A DNA stretch of 64,000 nt from Octopus sinensis (taxonomy: Eukaryota). The first letter of the stretch is position 1, and every line of letters starts with the position of its first letter. This document shows positions 10,519-26,125 of this stretch, one piece after another. Location: positions 2,604,001 through 2,668,000 of the forward strand of contig NC_043024.1 in assembly GCF_006345805.1 (NCBI RefSeq), in the 5' to 3' direction. The position numbers were made by a program, and so were the translations under genes. The notes under the pieces are model-generated. The model saw only the letters and a list, made by a program, of their open reading frames with translations. It had not been told where the DNA came from and ran no database searches.

Positions 10519-13500
10519 GATAAGGTAATCGAGGTAGTCAGAGTATGTGACAGAATACTTAAGATTAGATTAGTGCTCCATCATAGGTTAGCAACTATTA
10601 TATCGGCCTATGCCCCTCAGCCAGGGCTACCCGATGGACAGAAAGACAGTTTCTATGACACCCTACTGCAGACTACCTCATTGACGAATGACAGGGACCT
10701 TCTCTTTGTGGCTGGTGACTTCAATGGGCATGTTGGACGACATGCTGGGGGCTTCCATGGCGTACATGGAGGCTACGGTTATGGTTCCCGCAACGAGGAG
10801 GGAATCAGGCTGCTGGAGTTCTGCGATGCAAATAGTCTTATGGTTTGCAACGCTAACTTCAGGAAACCGACAAGCCACCTGGTCACCTACCGATCGGGCT
10901 GGCATACTAGCCAAATCGACTACATCCTTGCCAGAATATGGGAAAGATGGCTGCTTATAAATGCCAAAACCTTCCCAGGCGAAGAATGAACCCCACAACA
11001 TAGAATGGTAGTCAGTGACTTTAGGATCAGGACTAAGAGGACGACAAGAAGACGACCAACATGGAGAAGGGTCTGGAAGTTTAAAGACCCTGCAAATGGA
11101 CAGAGATTTAGAGACATGTTACTTGAAGCCTTTGACGAAATAGAAGGGGGCATAGCTACACATGTGGTAGAAGACAACTGGACGCTTCTGAGGGACAACC
11201 TGCTGAAAGCCACTGACCAGATCTGTGGCTGGTGCAAAGTCCCCTCAAGACCCAAAATAACGTGGTGGTGGAACAATATTGTTGACAGGGCTATTAGACA
11301 AAAGAAACAGGCTTGGAAGGCCTGGAAGAACGGTGGTAGCAGGGAAGTGTATCAGACTGCCAGAAGGGAAGCTAGGAGGCAGGTGTATATAGCCAGAGGG
11401 GAAGCAGATAAGAAAAAAATTGCCAATGTTCTGCGCCGTGAGGATGAAAGACTTGAGGTATTTCATATTGCTAGACAGTGTGTGAGAGAGAATTGTGACG
11501 TGGTAGGAGAGAAATGTGTTCGCAAGGATGACGGCTCACTTGGGCTAAATGAGGATGCAAAGAGAGAGGTTTGGAGACGCCACTATGAAAGGTTGCTGAA
11601 TGAGAAAAATGAATGGGATAAAGAGTGTCTGCCGAATGTCGACCCAACAGAGGGACCAGCAATCCGAGTTGACAGTTCCTTAGTAGTTAAGGCAATTACT
11701 AGCATGAAAACAGGGAAAGCCCCAGGCCCATCAGGAATTACTGCAGAGATGCTCAAAATATCTGGTAGTGTTGGAAATAGCTTAGTCACCCGTATAGTTA
11801 ACCAGGTGATACACGAAGGAGTCATACCCAATGACTGGTGTAGCAGCATAATAGTCAACTGCTACAAAGGCAAAGGTGACGCCCTAGATACAAATAACTA
11901 CAGGGGTATCAAGCTGCTGGATCAGGTAATGAAGGTTATGGAGAGGGTTATAGCCCAACTAATTAGAGAGAGAGTTAGCTTAGATCAGATGCAGTTTGGG
12001 TTCGTGCCAGGGAAAAGTACTACTGATGCTATATTCCTGGTAAGACAGCTGCAGGAGAAATACCTAGCCAAAGATAAGCCCCTGTACCTGGCTTTTGTTG
12101 ACATGGAGAAAGCCTTCGACAGGGTCCCCCGATCCCTTATCTGGTGGTCAATGAGGAAACTAGGGATAGATGAATGGCTAGTGAGAGCTGTGCGAGCCAT
12201 GTACAGAGACGCTGCTAGTAAGGTAAGGGTTGGCAACGAGTACAGTGAAGAATTCTGGGTAGAGGTTGGGGTCCACCAAGGTTCAGTCCTCAGTCCCCTC
12301 CTATTTATCATAGTCCTCCAGGCAATAACGGAGGAATTCAAGACAGGATGCCCCTGGGAGCTCCTCTATGCTGATGTACTTGCTCTAATTGCTGAGTCAC
12401 TATCAGAACTGGAGGAGAAGTTCCAGGTGTGGAAGGAGGGTTTAGAATCGAGGGGCCTTAGAGTCAACCTAGCTAAAACCAAAGTACTAATAAGTAGGAA
12501 AGTCACAAACGCCTTCAGGTAGATGGCCCAGCTCGATCTGTAGAAAAGGTGTAGGTAGAAACTCTATAAGGTGCACCAAGTGTAAGCTATGGACACATAA
12601 GAGGTGCAGCAATGTCAAAGGAAGGCTAACTAGGAAAATAGTTTTTGTCTGTGGCAGATGCTCAGGAGCAATAAACACTGGAAATGTGCAGAGACCAACT
12701 TCTACCACGTTTCAGGGAGACAAACCAGAAGTAGTTGATAGCTTCCGCTACCTAGGTGACCAAGTCAGTAGCGGGGGTGGGTGCGCTGAAAGTGTAACTG
12801 CTAGAGTAAGAATAGCCTGGGCAAAGTTTAGAGAGCTCTTACCCCTGCTGGTGACAAAAGGCAGACTGTATGAGGCATGTGTATGTACAGCGATGCTACA
12901 TGGTAGTGAAACATGGGCCGTGACTGCTGAGGATATGCGTAAGCTCGCAACAAATGAAGCCAGTATGCTCCGATGGATGTGTAATGTCAATGTTCATAAT
13001 TGACAGAGTGTAAGTACCTTGAGAGAAAAGTTGGACCTAAGAAGCATCAGTTGTGGTGTGCAAGAGAGACGTTTGCGCTGGTATGGTCATGTGATGAGAA
13101 TGGCTGAAGATAGTTGTGTGCAAAAGTGCCACACCCTAGCGGTTGAGGGAACCTGTGGAAGAGGTAGACCCAGGAAAACCTGGGACGAGGTGATGAAGCA
13201 TGACCTTCACACTTTAGGACTCACCAAGGAAATGACTAGAGACCGAGACCTATGGAAGTATGCTGTGAGTGAGAAGACCCGGCAAGACTAGTGAGACCAT
13301 AACCCGTGGCCTCTACCTGGTATGTAGCCAGTTCACTTATACATACCTTTCCTTCTTGGGACACAAAACTCCACTTGTGAAGACCTGTTGAGGCAAGTGA
13401 AAATCAGAACCAAAATCGAAGTCGATCAACATCAATGGAAATTGCGGCTGTGATACCAGTGCTGGTGACAAGTAAGCGAACCATCCGATCGTGGCCGCTG

Positions 13501-13966
13501 CCAGCGCCGCCCCGACTGGCCTCCATGCCGGTGACACCTAAGAAGCACCATCCATTCGTGGCCGTTGCCAGCCTCGCCTGGCCCCCGTGTCGGTGGCACG
13601 TAAAAAGCACCATCCATTCGTGGCCGTTGCCAGTGCCGCCCCATCTGGCCTCCGTGCCGGTGGCACGTACAAGCACCATTTGTTCGTGTCCGTTGCCAGC
13701 CTCGCCTGACCTCCGTGCCGGTGGCACGTAAAAGCACCATCCATTCGTGGCCGTTTGCCAGCTCCGTCTGGCTCCTGTGCAGGTGGCACGTAAAAAACAC
13801 TCACTGAACTCGCAGAGTGGTTGGCGTTAGGAAGAGCATCCAGCTGTAGAAACACTGCCAGATCAGACTGGGCCTGGTGCAGCCTCCTGGCTTCCCAGAC
13901 ACCGGTCGAACCGTCCAACCCGTGATAGCACGGAAAATGGACGTTAAACGATGATCATGATGATGA
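10519..13966 (+). mobile_element. RTE-clade LINE, 5'-truncated and defective (APE C-half, RT, PHD-like insert, 3' UTR, (GAT)n tail)
   Basis: ORF pieces 10573-13291 with AGDFNGHVG, SQIDYIL, QFGFVPGKSTTD, VHQGSVLSP and YADV (YADD mutated). Internal stops at 10987 and 13001 and a frameshift near 12500. Confidence 0.93.
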
Positions 13967-14254
13967 TATATATACAAATTAAAATCCAGGAAACACAGAA
14001 GTAGCATTAATATAGTTTATTCACTGCAAAAATTCAACATGTACACTTACAGCTGTTTCGATTTTGCTCAAAAGAAATTCCAATAATTAAAACATTTAAT
14101 TGGGCAAAATCTCATCAGAGGAATGAAAAAGACATATCGTTAGGTTATCACATGTTATTCTTCCAAAACATCTCAACAGACAAAAACTTTTTTTTAATTA
14201 CTAATATTGGTATAAATCTTGGCCAGTGGGTAACAGGTTGTATAAGGGTAATAA

Positions 14255-14953
14255 TCTTTATATATATAAAACTGAGAATGTGTGTCTGTCTGTCTGTGTG
14301 TTTCCCTAAAACTTGTGAACTACAGAACCAATTTCATTAGAATTTTACACATGCCTTACTTAGGGTCCATGTAGTTTCATGGGCAAAAAAAAAAATGTTC
14401 AACTTCTTGCCTAGAGCGAGCCCATAGCAATATCATATCTTCTCCACTATTTCAGTATTACATGTTAAAAGTGAAACAAAAATATTTCTCTATTTTATGT
14501 CAGATGCTTTCACTTTAACAATAAAAATAATAATAACAATTCAATTATATGTAGTAAGTAATAATTAAAATCAAACTAAAGTATAATATAATCGTAACAT
14601 ACAAAAGTAAAAATAGCATCAATGATTTGAACTTGAATAAGTGGTTTCACATGAATGGGAATAAATTAAAAATATAATTAGCGTGCAGAAATGGAATAGT
14701 CCAGATGGATAATACAAAATTAAATTAAAGAAAAGACTATTGTCTATAAAGTATACAATGTAGAGAAAAAAGAATAGCTAACAATTCCAGTCTGTTATAT
14801 ATTTTGAGTATTGTTATCACTAGCGATATCAAGATATAACTTTATATTTTGCATTTTATGTGTAGATGTATATAGATAGATGTACATGTAATATGTACAC
14901 ATATATACATGCACTAGCACTATGACCCGGCAACGACGGGTCTTTAATGCTAG
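14255..14953 (+). mobile_element. Non-autonomous Helitron, second family
   Basis: A|TCTTTATATATATAAAA start; CCCG-GCAACGA-CGGG hairpin followed by CTAG|T. Confidence 0.75.
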
Positions 14954-15663
14954 TTGGTAAATAAATGGTAGATAGTGAGTTATATTTCTCACTATAATTA
15001 TTTTATAATGTATCGATTTAATTATTTTGTAACTTATCTATATCAGTTCAATCAATTTCTTTAACAAAGTTATAAATGTGATCACGTTGTTCTCTCATTC
15101 ATATGATACTATTTTTACTATAACTCACTAATCTAACATTTATTTAATGCGGTTTCAATTCCCAGACCGGGCGTTGTGTGTGTTTATTGAGCGAAAACAC
15201 CTAAAGGTCCACAAGGCTCCGGCAGGGGGTGGTGGCGATCCCTGCTGTACTCTTTCTTCCTGCTTCTTGAGTAATGCTGCGATGGACTGGCGTCCTGTCC
15301 AGCTGGTGGTGTAACACATATCCCACAGAAACCGGGCCCATGAGCCTGGCTAGGTTTGTAAAGGGCGCATAAATAAATAAAAATAATAAATATACTGGCA
15401 TGTAATAAAACTGTGTAAGAGAATAATTTACCACAACTCAATTGCAAGAAGCACTTCCATCAAGTTAAGCTATTTATTCGAGAGAATGATTTAATAGAGG
15501 TGCAGGAGTGGCTGTGTGGTAAGTAGCTTGCTAACCAACCAAATGGTTCCGGGTTCAGTCACACTGAGTGGCATCTTGGGCAAGTGTCTTCTGCTATAGC
15601 CCCAGGCCGACCAAAGCCTTGTGAGTGGATTTGGTAGACAGAAACTGAAAGAAGCCTGTCGTA

Positions 15664-17016
15664 AATAGATGAACATCAATGGAATTTGTATCTCTGTGGT
15701 ACCAGTGCCGGTGGCACACAAGAAAACCATCCGAACGTGGCCGTAGCCAGTACCGCATCAACTGAACTCCGTGCTGTGGGCACATAACAAACACCATCCG
15801 ATCGTGGCCGTTCGCCAGCCTCATCTGGCACCTGTCCGAAGAACCCGGCAAGACTAGTCAGGCCATAGCCCGTGGCCCCTACCTGGGACGTAGTCAGTCC
15901 ACCTGTGCATACCTTCCTTCTTATGACACTGTTGAGGCAAGTGATAATCTAATCTAATCAAATCAAATCAAAACAAATCAAAATAGATGAACATCAATGG
16001 AATTTGTATCTTTGTGGTACCAATGTCGGTGGCACACAAGAAAACCATCCGAACGTGGCGGTAGCCAGTACCACATCGACTGGCCTCCGTGCTTTGGGCA
16101 CGTAACAAACACCATCCGATCGTGGCCGTTCGCCAGCCTCATCTGGCACCTATGTTGGTGACACATAAAAACACCATCCAAAGACCCGGCAAGACTAGTC
16201 AGGCCATAGCCCGTGGCCCCTACCTGGGACGTAGTCAGTCCACCTGTGCATACCTTCCTCCTTATGACACTTGTGAAGACCTGTTGAGGCAAGTATGTGA
16301 CACTTGTGAAGACCTGTTGAGGCAGAGGCAAGTGTGTGACATTTGTGAAGACCTGTTGAGGCAAGTGTGTAATACTTGTGTAGACCTGTTGAGGCAGAGG
16401 CAAGTGTGTGACACTTGTGAAGACCTGTTGAGGCAAGTGTGTGACACTTGTGAAGACCTGTTGAGGCAAGTGTGTGACACTTGTGAAGACCTGTTGAGGC
16501 AAGTGAAGATCAAAATCAAACCAAATCAAAATAGATGAACATCAATGGAATTTGTATCTTTGTGGTACCAGTGCCGGTGGCACACAAGAAAACCATCCGA
16601 ACGTGGCCGTAGCCAGTACCGCATCGACTGGCCTCCGTGCTTTGGGCACGTAACAAACACCATCCGATCGTGGCCGTTCGCCAGCCTCATCTGGCACTTG
16701 TGTCGGTGGCACATAAAAACACCATCCGAGCGTGGCCGTCTGCCAGCCTTGACTGGCACCTGTGTCGGTGGCACATAAAAAACACCATCCGAGCGTGGCC
16801 GTTCGCCAGCCTCGTCTGGCACCTGTGTCGGTGGCACATAAAATCACCCACTACACTCTCGGAGTGGTTGGCGTTAGGAAGGGCATCCAGCTGTAGAAAC
16901 ACTGCCAGATCTGGCTGGCCTGGTGCAGCCTTCGGGCTCCCCAGACCCCAGTTGAACCGTCCAACCCATGCTAGCATGGAAAGCGGACGTTAAACGATGA
17001 TGATGATGATGATGAT
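15664..17016 (+). mobile_element. Orphan RTE 3'-UTR array (5'-truncated copy, no ORF) inserted in a SINE
   Basis: Modules match 54734-56474 and end in (GAT)n. The homologous SINE in unit 3 (27381-27780) is uninterrupted. Confidence 0.88.
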
Positions 17017-17270
17017 GTATGTATGTGCATGTGTTTGTGTCTATGTTTGTCCCGCTAGCATTGCTTGTCAATCGATGCTGGTGTGTTTACGTCCCCGTCA
17101 CTTAGTGGTTCAGCAAAAGAGACTGATAGAATAAGTACTGGGCTTACAAAGAATAAGTCCTGGGGTCGATTTGCTCAACTAAAGGCGGTGCTCCAGCATG
17201 GCCACGGTCAAATGACTGAAACAAGTAAAAGAGAGAGAGAGAGAGAGAGAGTAATAGAATTATCACAGTG

Positions 17271-19552
<2,282 letters not shown>

Positions 19553-21332
19553 TATTTTTCTCCTCTCACCACAAAGTCCAAATGTCTTTCTTTTTTTTTA
19601 TATTCTATTCCCCAGTTATTTCTGTTGCTTGAAATGCTTAGTGGTATTTCGTCTGTCTTTTTGTTCTGAGTTCAAATTCCACCGAGGTCGACTTTGCCTT
19701 TCATCCTTTCAGGGTCGATAAATAAAGTACCAGTTTCACACTGGGGTAGATATAATCAACTTAATACCTTTGTCTGTCCTTGTTTGTGCCCTCTATGTTT
19801 AGCCCCCTACTGGGCAATAAAGAAATATATATTTCCATCAAGTGTAATCATTGTCAACATCTGAGGGGGCTGCCAATTCCTTTGCAATCCAGGTTTAATT
19901 AGAATACATGATTGGTTTTCTTGCACCCATTCCAGGCAGTGAAGTACAGAAATGCTGCTAATAATCACACACCCAAAGAAAATCTTTTACAATTCTATAA
20001 TCGATTTATATAAACAGGGTTATATTTCTTCTTAGTTTCATCATAAAGAATATATCATATATATTCATGATGTGTTCGATGCAAAATGCTAAATATCCTC
20101 TCTGATACTCTGAAATAAAAAAGAAATAATATGAGATATAGAATATACTTGAAAAGTAAAGATTAAATAATGAAAATTTTATTACGTTTTTATACTGATA
20201 AACTGGAGATATAAACCTTTAGCTGGCCAAATAAACGTTAACACGTCAGTCTGACAAACAAACAAGGAGATTATAAGGTAGTCATGGGATGTGCTAAAAA
20301 TAATAGCTAAATAGCTCTTAAATCACGCAGCAATTTTAAAAATTTGGTTTTGGTTTTTGCACAATCCTATGAATTACAAATTCGCAAGAGTTTTCTAAAA
20401 ATTCCGAAAAAGTTTTGAACCAACGAAGAATTTACGATTTACATCTGCTGTTTGTTTGTTGAGCGAAGCGGTCTTCGTCCCAGAGGTCGCAAGAGGGAAG
20501 AAGCCGGAAACGTGGTCCTTTGCTATTCGTAAGACCCGCAGAAGAGAAAGCAGGTTAGCCCCCCCCCCGCCCCGACACCGAGAGCATCGACGGATGGATA
20601 AATGCTCATCCAGTTACGGCGGTTGCGTAGGAAGTCGGGGGACAAGAAACAGGAAGGAAGAGTGAGAGAAAGTTGGGGTGAAAGAGTACAACAGGGGTCG
20701 CCACCACCCTCTGCTGGAGCATCGTGGAGCTTTATGTATTTTCGCTCAATAAACACACACAACGCCCGGTCTGGGAATCGAACCCGCGTGTCCGCTGCCC
20801 TAACCACTGGGCCATTGCGCCTCCACTTACAAGTGCTGTATATGAAATACCAGAAGTTATTGTGTTAAAAAGAGCAAGGACTAATGTTTACTTTGAAACG
20901 GTTGATGATGATGATGATGATATATATATATATATATTTATTGCCCACAAGGGGATATACAAAGAGGGGACAAACAAGGACAGACATAGGGATTAAGTCA
21001 ATTACATCGAACCCAGTGCATAACTGGTACTTAATTTATCGACCCTGAAAGATGAAAGGCAAAGTCGACCTCAGTGGAATTTGAACTCATAACGTAAAGA
21101 CACATCAATTTCACCCGTCGTGCTAATGTTGCTGTCAGCTCGCCACCTTTATGTATATATATATATTTTTTATTTTATTTTATAGAAGGAGCTTCTACAG
21201 TACTAGAATTGTTTCATACAGATGAAACAGTTCTAGTCCAGTAGAAGCTCCTTCTATAAAATAAATTACTTTACTCTGCTATCTATTGAGTACCTTATTT
21301 ACTGTGGTTAACCCCGACTCAACCCGGGACCT

Positions 21333-21373
<41 letters not shown>

Positions 21374-23492
21374 TAAAACGGTAAGATAACAAAAGAAAGA
21401 AAGAGAGAAAGAGACCTCAATATTATGTAAATAGAGGAAATTTATCTATAAAATAATATGTTACATTTACTCAATAGTCAAGATAAAACTCTGAGTTTCA
21501 GATGCCGAAGGGGAAATCCACAACACCATCTCTTCGGTTATCTGGCCATCTGAAAAAACGCTATGAAAAAATACCGTTATATAAAGGGAAATTACTGTAT
21601 TATAATTCTGCGCGCGAAAACCCACGTGCGTACTTATACGTCATTATGGAAACATACACATCTTCACTCGCATTTTTCGCCAAATATATACGCATATATA
21701 TATACAACCTCATACACACACACACACATGCGTACCGTTAAAGTTCATACATACGTCTATATACGCACAAACACAAGAAAAACCATGGTTAAAGGTAACA
21801 GAAAAAAAATATAATAAGGAAGTATACAAAGCATAAAAACCACGTTCATATACGGACATGCCCCTATGCACTCATACACACACACACGCCCATATATGTA
21901 CATACCCGCACATATTTATATACGCATACATACACACGCATATACAAAAAATGAATATATATATGCCCCCGCCCCCACGAAAAAATAGAAAAATACTAAG
22001 TAAAAACGTCTATATATATATATGTGTGCATTCTCATGCCCGCACACACACATATATATACATGTATAGACATATATATGTATATACATATATAAATATA
22101 GATATGCACATACACACACACAAAAGTTGGCGATTACAAAGGAATTTCACAAGGATCATATATATAGTGGAAGCCGCTTATTGTGATCATTTCCGTACAG
22201 CAATGGCCAACACCTAACAGATGACGTTAAACAAATATAAAGTCTGAACCAATTAATTTTGATAACAATAACCGGCTGATAACGTTATCCGCTATTCCGA
22301 TTGACCGCCACTCCATTCCTGCCCACATCAATACACAACAAACAACGGCATTTCTATAAATCGCAGTATTTGCTATACAACGTCTTCAATCAGATCGTAT
22401 TCCTCTCCAATATATATACATATATATATAATAACTTACCCCTGATGCTTAATAAATAAATAAATATTTATTTACTTTCGATTTCATCTCCAAAGAATTG
22501 AGGAAACGTGACAAGCCGGAAGTAAGGTGCGCCATGTGACTTAGACTCTTTAATATATGAAACCACAAAGAGTGCTGCTGACACAAAAGCGAAACTAAGA
22601 AGGAAGGGGGAACGTAATATTGTTGTCGACTATCACCATGGTTACTGTCTAAGCGGAAGGCGCATGGCTCGGTGGTTGGCGCATCGGGCTATCAATCGCG
22701 AGTTAGTGAGTTCGATTCCCTGGATCTTTTCGTTTTGACTGGCAGGTTTTAAAATAATTTCTTTGCAACTAAACACTTTTAAACTTAAGTACCAGTTATG
22801 CACTGGGGTCGATGTAATCAACTTAATCCCTTTGTCTGTCCTTGTCTGTTCCCTCCTATCTTTTCCGTTTGAACAGCAGTTTTTAACATAATTTCTAGGT
22901 AACTAAACACTTTTAAACTTCGTGTAATGGTAGAATTTGTTACATAAAACATCTTTTTCTCTTGGCTTTCTTGAGAAAATGCTGTAGTTTGTAAGCTACA
23001 ATTATTCACCTCAATAGACGTCATTGATTGGTTGAAATTGCCGAAATGCAAGAAATTAAACAACAAATAGCTTACAAGCCACAGAATTTTCTCAAGAAAT
23101 CCAAGAGAAAAAGATGTTTTATAAACACATTCTACCAGTATACGAAGTTTAAAGAATAAGTCCTGGGATTGATTTGATCGACTAAAGGCGGTGCTCCAGC
23201 ATGGCCACAGTCACATGACTGAAACAAGTAACAGAGTAAAGAGAGATAGATAGATAAACAGGTAGATAGATAGGTATGTAGGTTGGCAGATAGATAGATA
23301 GATAAATAGAGATAGATAGGTAGACATATATAGATAAATAGACAGACAAATAGATGGATAAACGGATGGATGGATGGATAGAGAGAGACAGACAGATAGA
23401 TAGTTAGACACAAATAGATAGATAGATAGATAGATAGATAGACAAATAGATAGATAGATAGATGATAGATAGAGAGAGAGAGAGAGAGAGAC

Positions 23493-23554
<62 letters not shown>

Positions 23555-24289
23555 GCACAGATATGCTATAGAAATAAACTTTCGACGTACGCACCTTGAA
23601 GTTTTCCAGTGTTAAAACTTTCTTTGGAAGTTGCACGTCATCTTCAGCAGGTGCTTCGTGTGTGTGTGTGTGTGTGTAGGCAGAGGACGGCCGAATGGTC
23701 AAGAAGATCTCTTAACAACCATGAGGTCCCTCGTTCTGTCCTACTGAGAGACACTTTGGACAAATAACACTTTCTGCAGTGTCCAGTTGACCTGAATGAA
23801 ATCGGACAAAGGGGAAAGTGCTGAACCCAGGAATTCCAAAGAGGTCAGCTTCGGGTCGCAGAGGTTCTTGTATGATTCCAGCGGAATCCTCGAAGACTCA
23901 CGGGAATTCCGGAGCAGGGGATTCAGTTGGTCTTACACCTGAATCCTCAACGGCGAACGACGGGGATCCACGATGTATAAAAATGTCTGTATAGGTATAG
24001 ATGGAAATGGTGAGGATATTAAGAAATGGTTAATAGCAAAATGTGGGAAATAAAAAAATGGAATGGGCAGCCGAAAGGAAAACGAAACAGTGAAAGAAAT
24101 TATATAACTTTGTTTAAGTAATTTTTTATTTAGTCCTTCCTTTTTTCTGAGTTGTGCGTTAGATATGAAATTAGATATGAAATCATTCGTATCTAATTCC
24201 GGTCTCCCAATAATTATCAGTTATAAAGTGGAATTGATCAAGGAATAAAGATTTGTATGAAACTATAGCAGGAAATAAACGGAATTTGC

Positions 24290-24970
24290 AAGACTGAACG
24301 GTTAATGGACGAGGGGAAGTAACTCTTCCCTCAACAAAAGTCTTGAATATTTTTATATAGCTTCGTGTTTAAATGACAATTAATTAATTCAACAAATTAT
24401 TAGAAAGGATCACAAAAGTACAGCCCCTAAAATAACTGCAGGGGTTAATCACCGCCTCAAGAACCCAGTTTCCACAAAAACTTTTTGCTGGGAGCTGCAC
24501 AAAGCCAGATTTCAAGGGAGGGCTGCAATCAGAAAACCACTACTTTCAAAAACAAACGTTGCAAAGCGTTTAGAGTGGAGTTAAAACCTACGGAATTGGT
24601 CCCTAGAGCAGTGGAAGAATGTTATTTTCTAGGACGAGTCATCCTTTACCTTATTTCCGACAACCGGCCGAGTATACGTGTGAAGAGAGCCAAAAAAAGC
24701 ATTTGACCCAGACTGCCTTCTTCCAACTGTTAAACATGGAGGAGGATCTGTGATGATCTGGGGAGCTATATCTTGGATATCTGCCAGCCCAATAGTTCCC
24801 CTTCATGTCAGAATTAATAGTCAAGACTATTTAAGCATTTTATCTGATCAAATTCATCCTATGGTAGGGGAACTGTTTCTGGAGAGAAACGCAAGCTTTC
24901 AGGATGATAATGCACCAATTCACACGGCTAAAGTTGTCATTGAATGGCACGAGGAACATTCATCAACCGT
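24290..24970 (+). mobile_element. Tc1/mariner transposase remnant (paralog of 9640-10320)
   Basis: Same motifs, e.g. FQDDNAPIH. Confidence 0.85.
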
Positions 24971-25199
24971 TTCAAAGTAAACATTAGTCCTTGCTCTTTT
25001 TAACACAATAACTTCTGGTATTTCATATACAGCAGATCTTTCCTTCTATGTTTCCGACGAAGAGCTCCGCTCGAAACGTTAAACCCTCCATCTTTACTGA
25101 GCATCCAATAATACTATATTTGTTCCACGTCCTCGCGTTGTTGTGTTTTTTTTTGTGCTTTCTTGTTTAGATTAACTATATATATATATATATATATAT

Positions 25200-25595
25200 A
25201 TACACCAATACGTACTAATACATACTAATACATACTAATACATACACCAACCCTATACATACACACATCCAGACCCCTCCCACGCACTTTTAGCTGGTCC
25301 CTCAACCCGTTTATCAACCCTATTATCTCCCCTTATTTCGCTCTCGCGTCTCATGTTTGATCTTTGACCTCTGGCCGAAATCAGATCGCCATGTTGATTC
25401 GTTAGCTACTGCACGCATTTTTTTCTCTCCTTCTTTCTGTGTTTTTCTCTCTCTGTGTATCTTTCTGTTGAAGAGCGTAGGCTCGAAACGTTAAAGACTT
25501 GTTTTATTTATATTTCCTGAGCGCCATACTAATACAATTGTTCGTTTGTTTTCCACCTGCCTTCGTCTTTTGTTTATTTTCATAAAGCTTCCCGT
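25200..25595 (+). mobile_element. Penelope-like terminal-repeat fragment, family B
   Basis: Hammerhead-like motif at 25460-25497 inside a pyrimidine-rich repeat bounded by TA tracts. Confidence 0.5.
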
Positions 25596-25610
25596 TATAT
25601 ACATATATAT

Positions 25611-25838
25611 AACCGATCGTAGCCACTGCCAGACTCACCTGGCACCTGTGGCGGTGGAATGTAAAAAAAAAACCCTACACTCGTGGAGTGGTTGGCATTA
25701 GGAAGGGTATCAGGCTGTAGAAACACTGCCAGATCACACTGGGCCTGGTGCAGCCTCCTGGCTTCCCAGACCCCGGTCGAACCGTCCAACCCGTGATAGC
25801 ACGGAAAACGGACGTTAAACGATGATCATGATGATGAT
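25611..25838 (+). mobile_element. RTE 3' terminal fragment at the unit 2/3 junction
   Basis: Same 3' tail as 13740-13966. Confidence 0.85.
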
Positions 25839-26125
25839 ATATATACAAATTAAAATCCAGGAAACACAGAAGTAGCATTAATATAGTTTATTCACTGAAA
25901 AAATTCAACATGTACACTTACAGCTGTTTCGATTTTGCTCAAAAGAAATTCCAATAATTAAAACCTTTAATTGGGCAAAATCTCATCAGAGGAATGAAAA
26001 AGACATATCGTTAGGTTATCACATGTTATTCTTCCAAAACATCTCAACAGACAAAAACTTTTTTTTAATTACTAATATTTGTATAAATCTTGGCCAGTGG
26101 GTAACAGGTTGTATAAGGGTAATAA

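Noticed and set aside
16267-16505. CRISPR-like array of 7 palindromic 33/39-bp repeats (also 55100-55670)
   Set aside because: The units are contiguous with no unique spacers, there are no cas genes, the context is eukaryotic, and the repeats are part of an RTE 3' UTR.
16089-16538. Cys-rich ORF (CDTCEDLLRQV)n and its antisense (HLPQQVFTSVT)n
   Set aside because: Translation of the 33-bp UTR repeat with no coding context.
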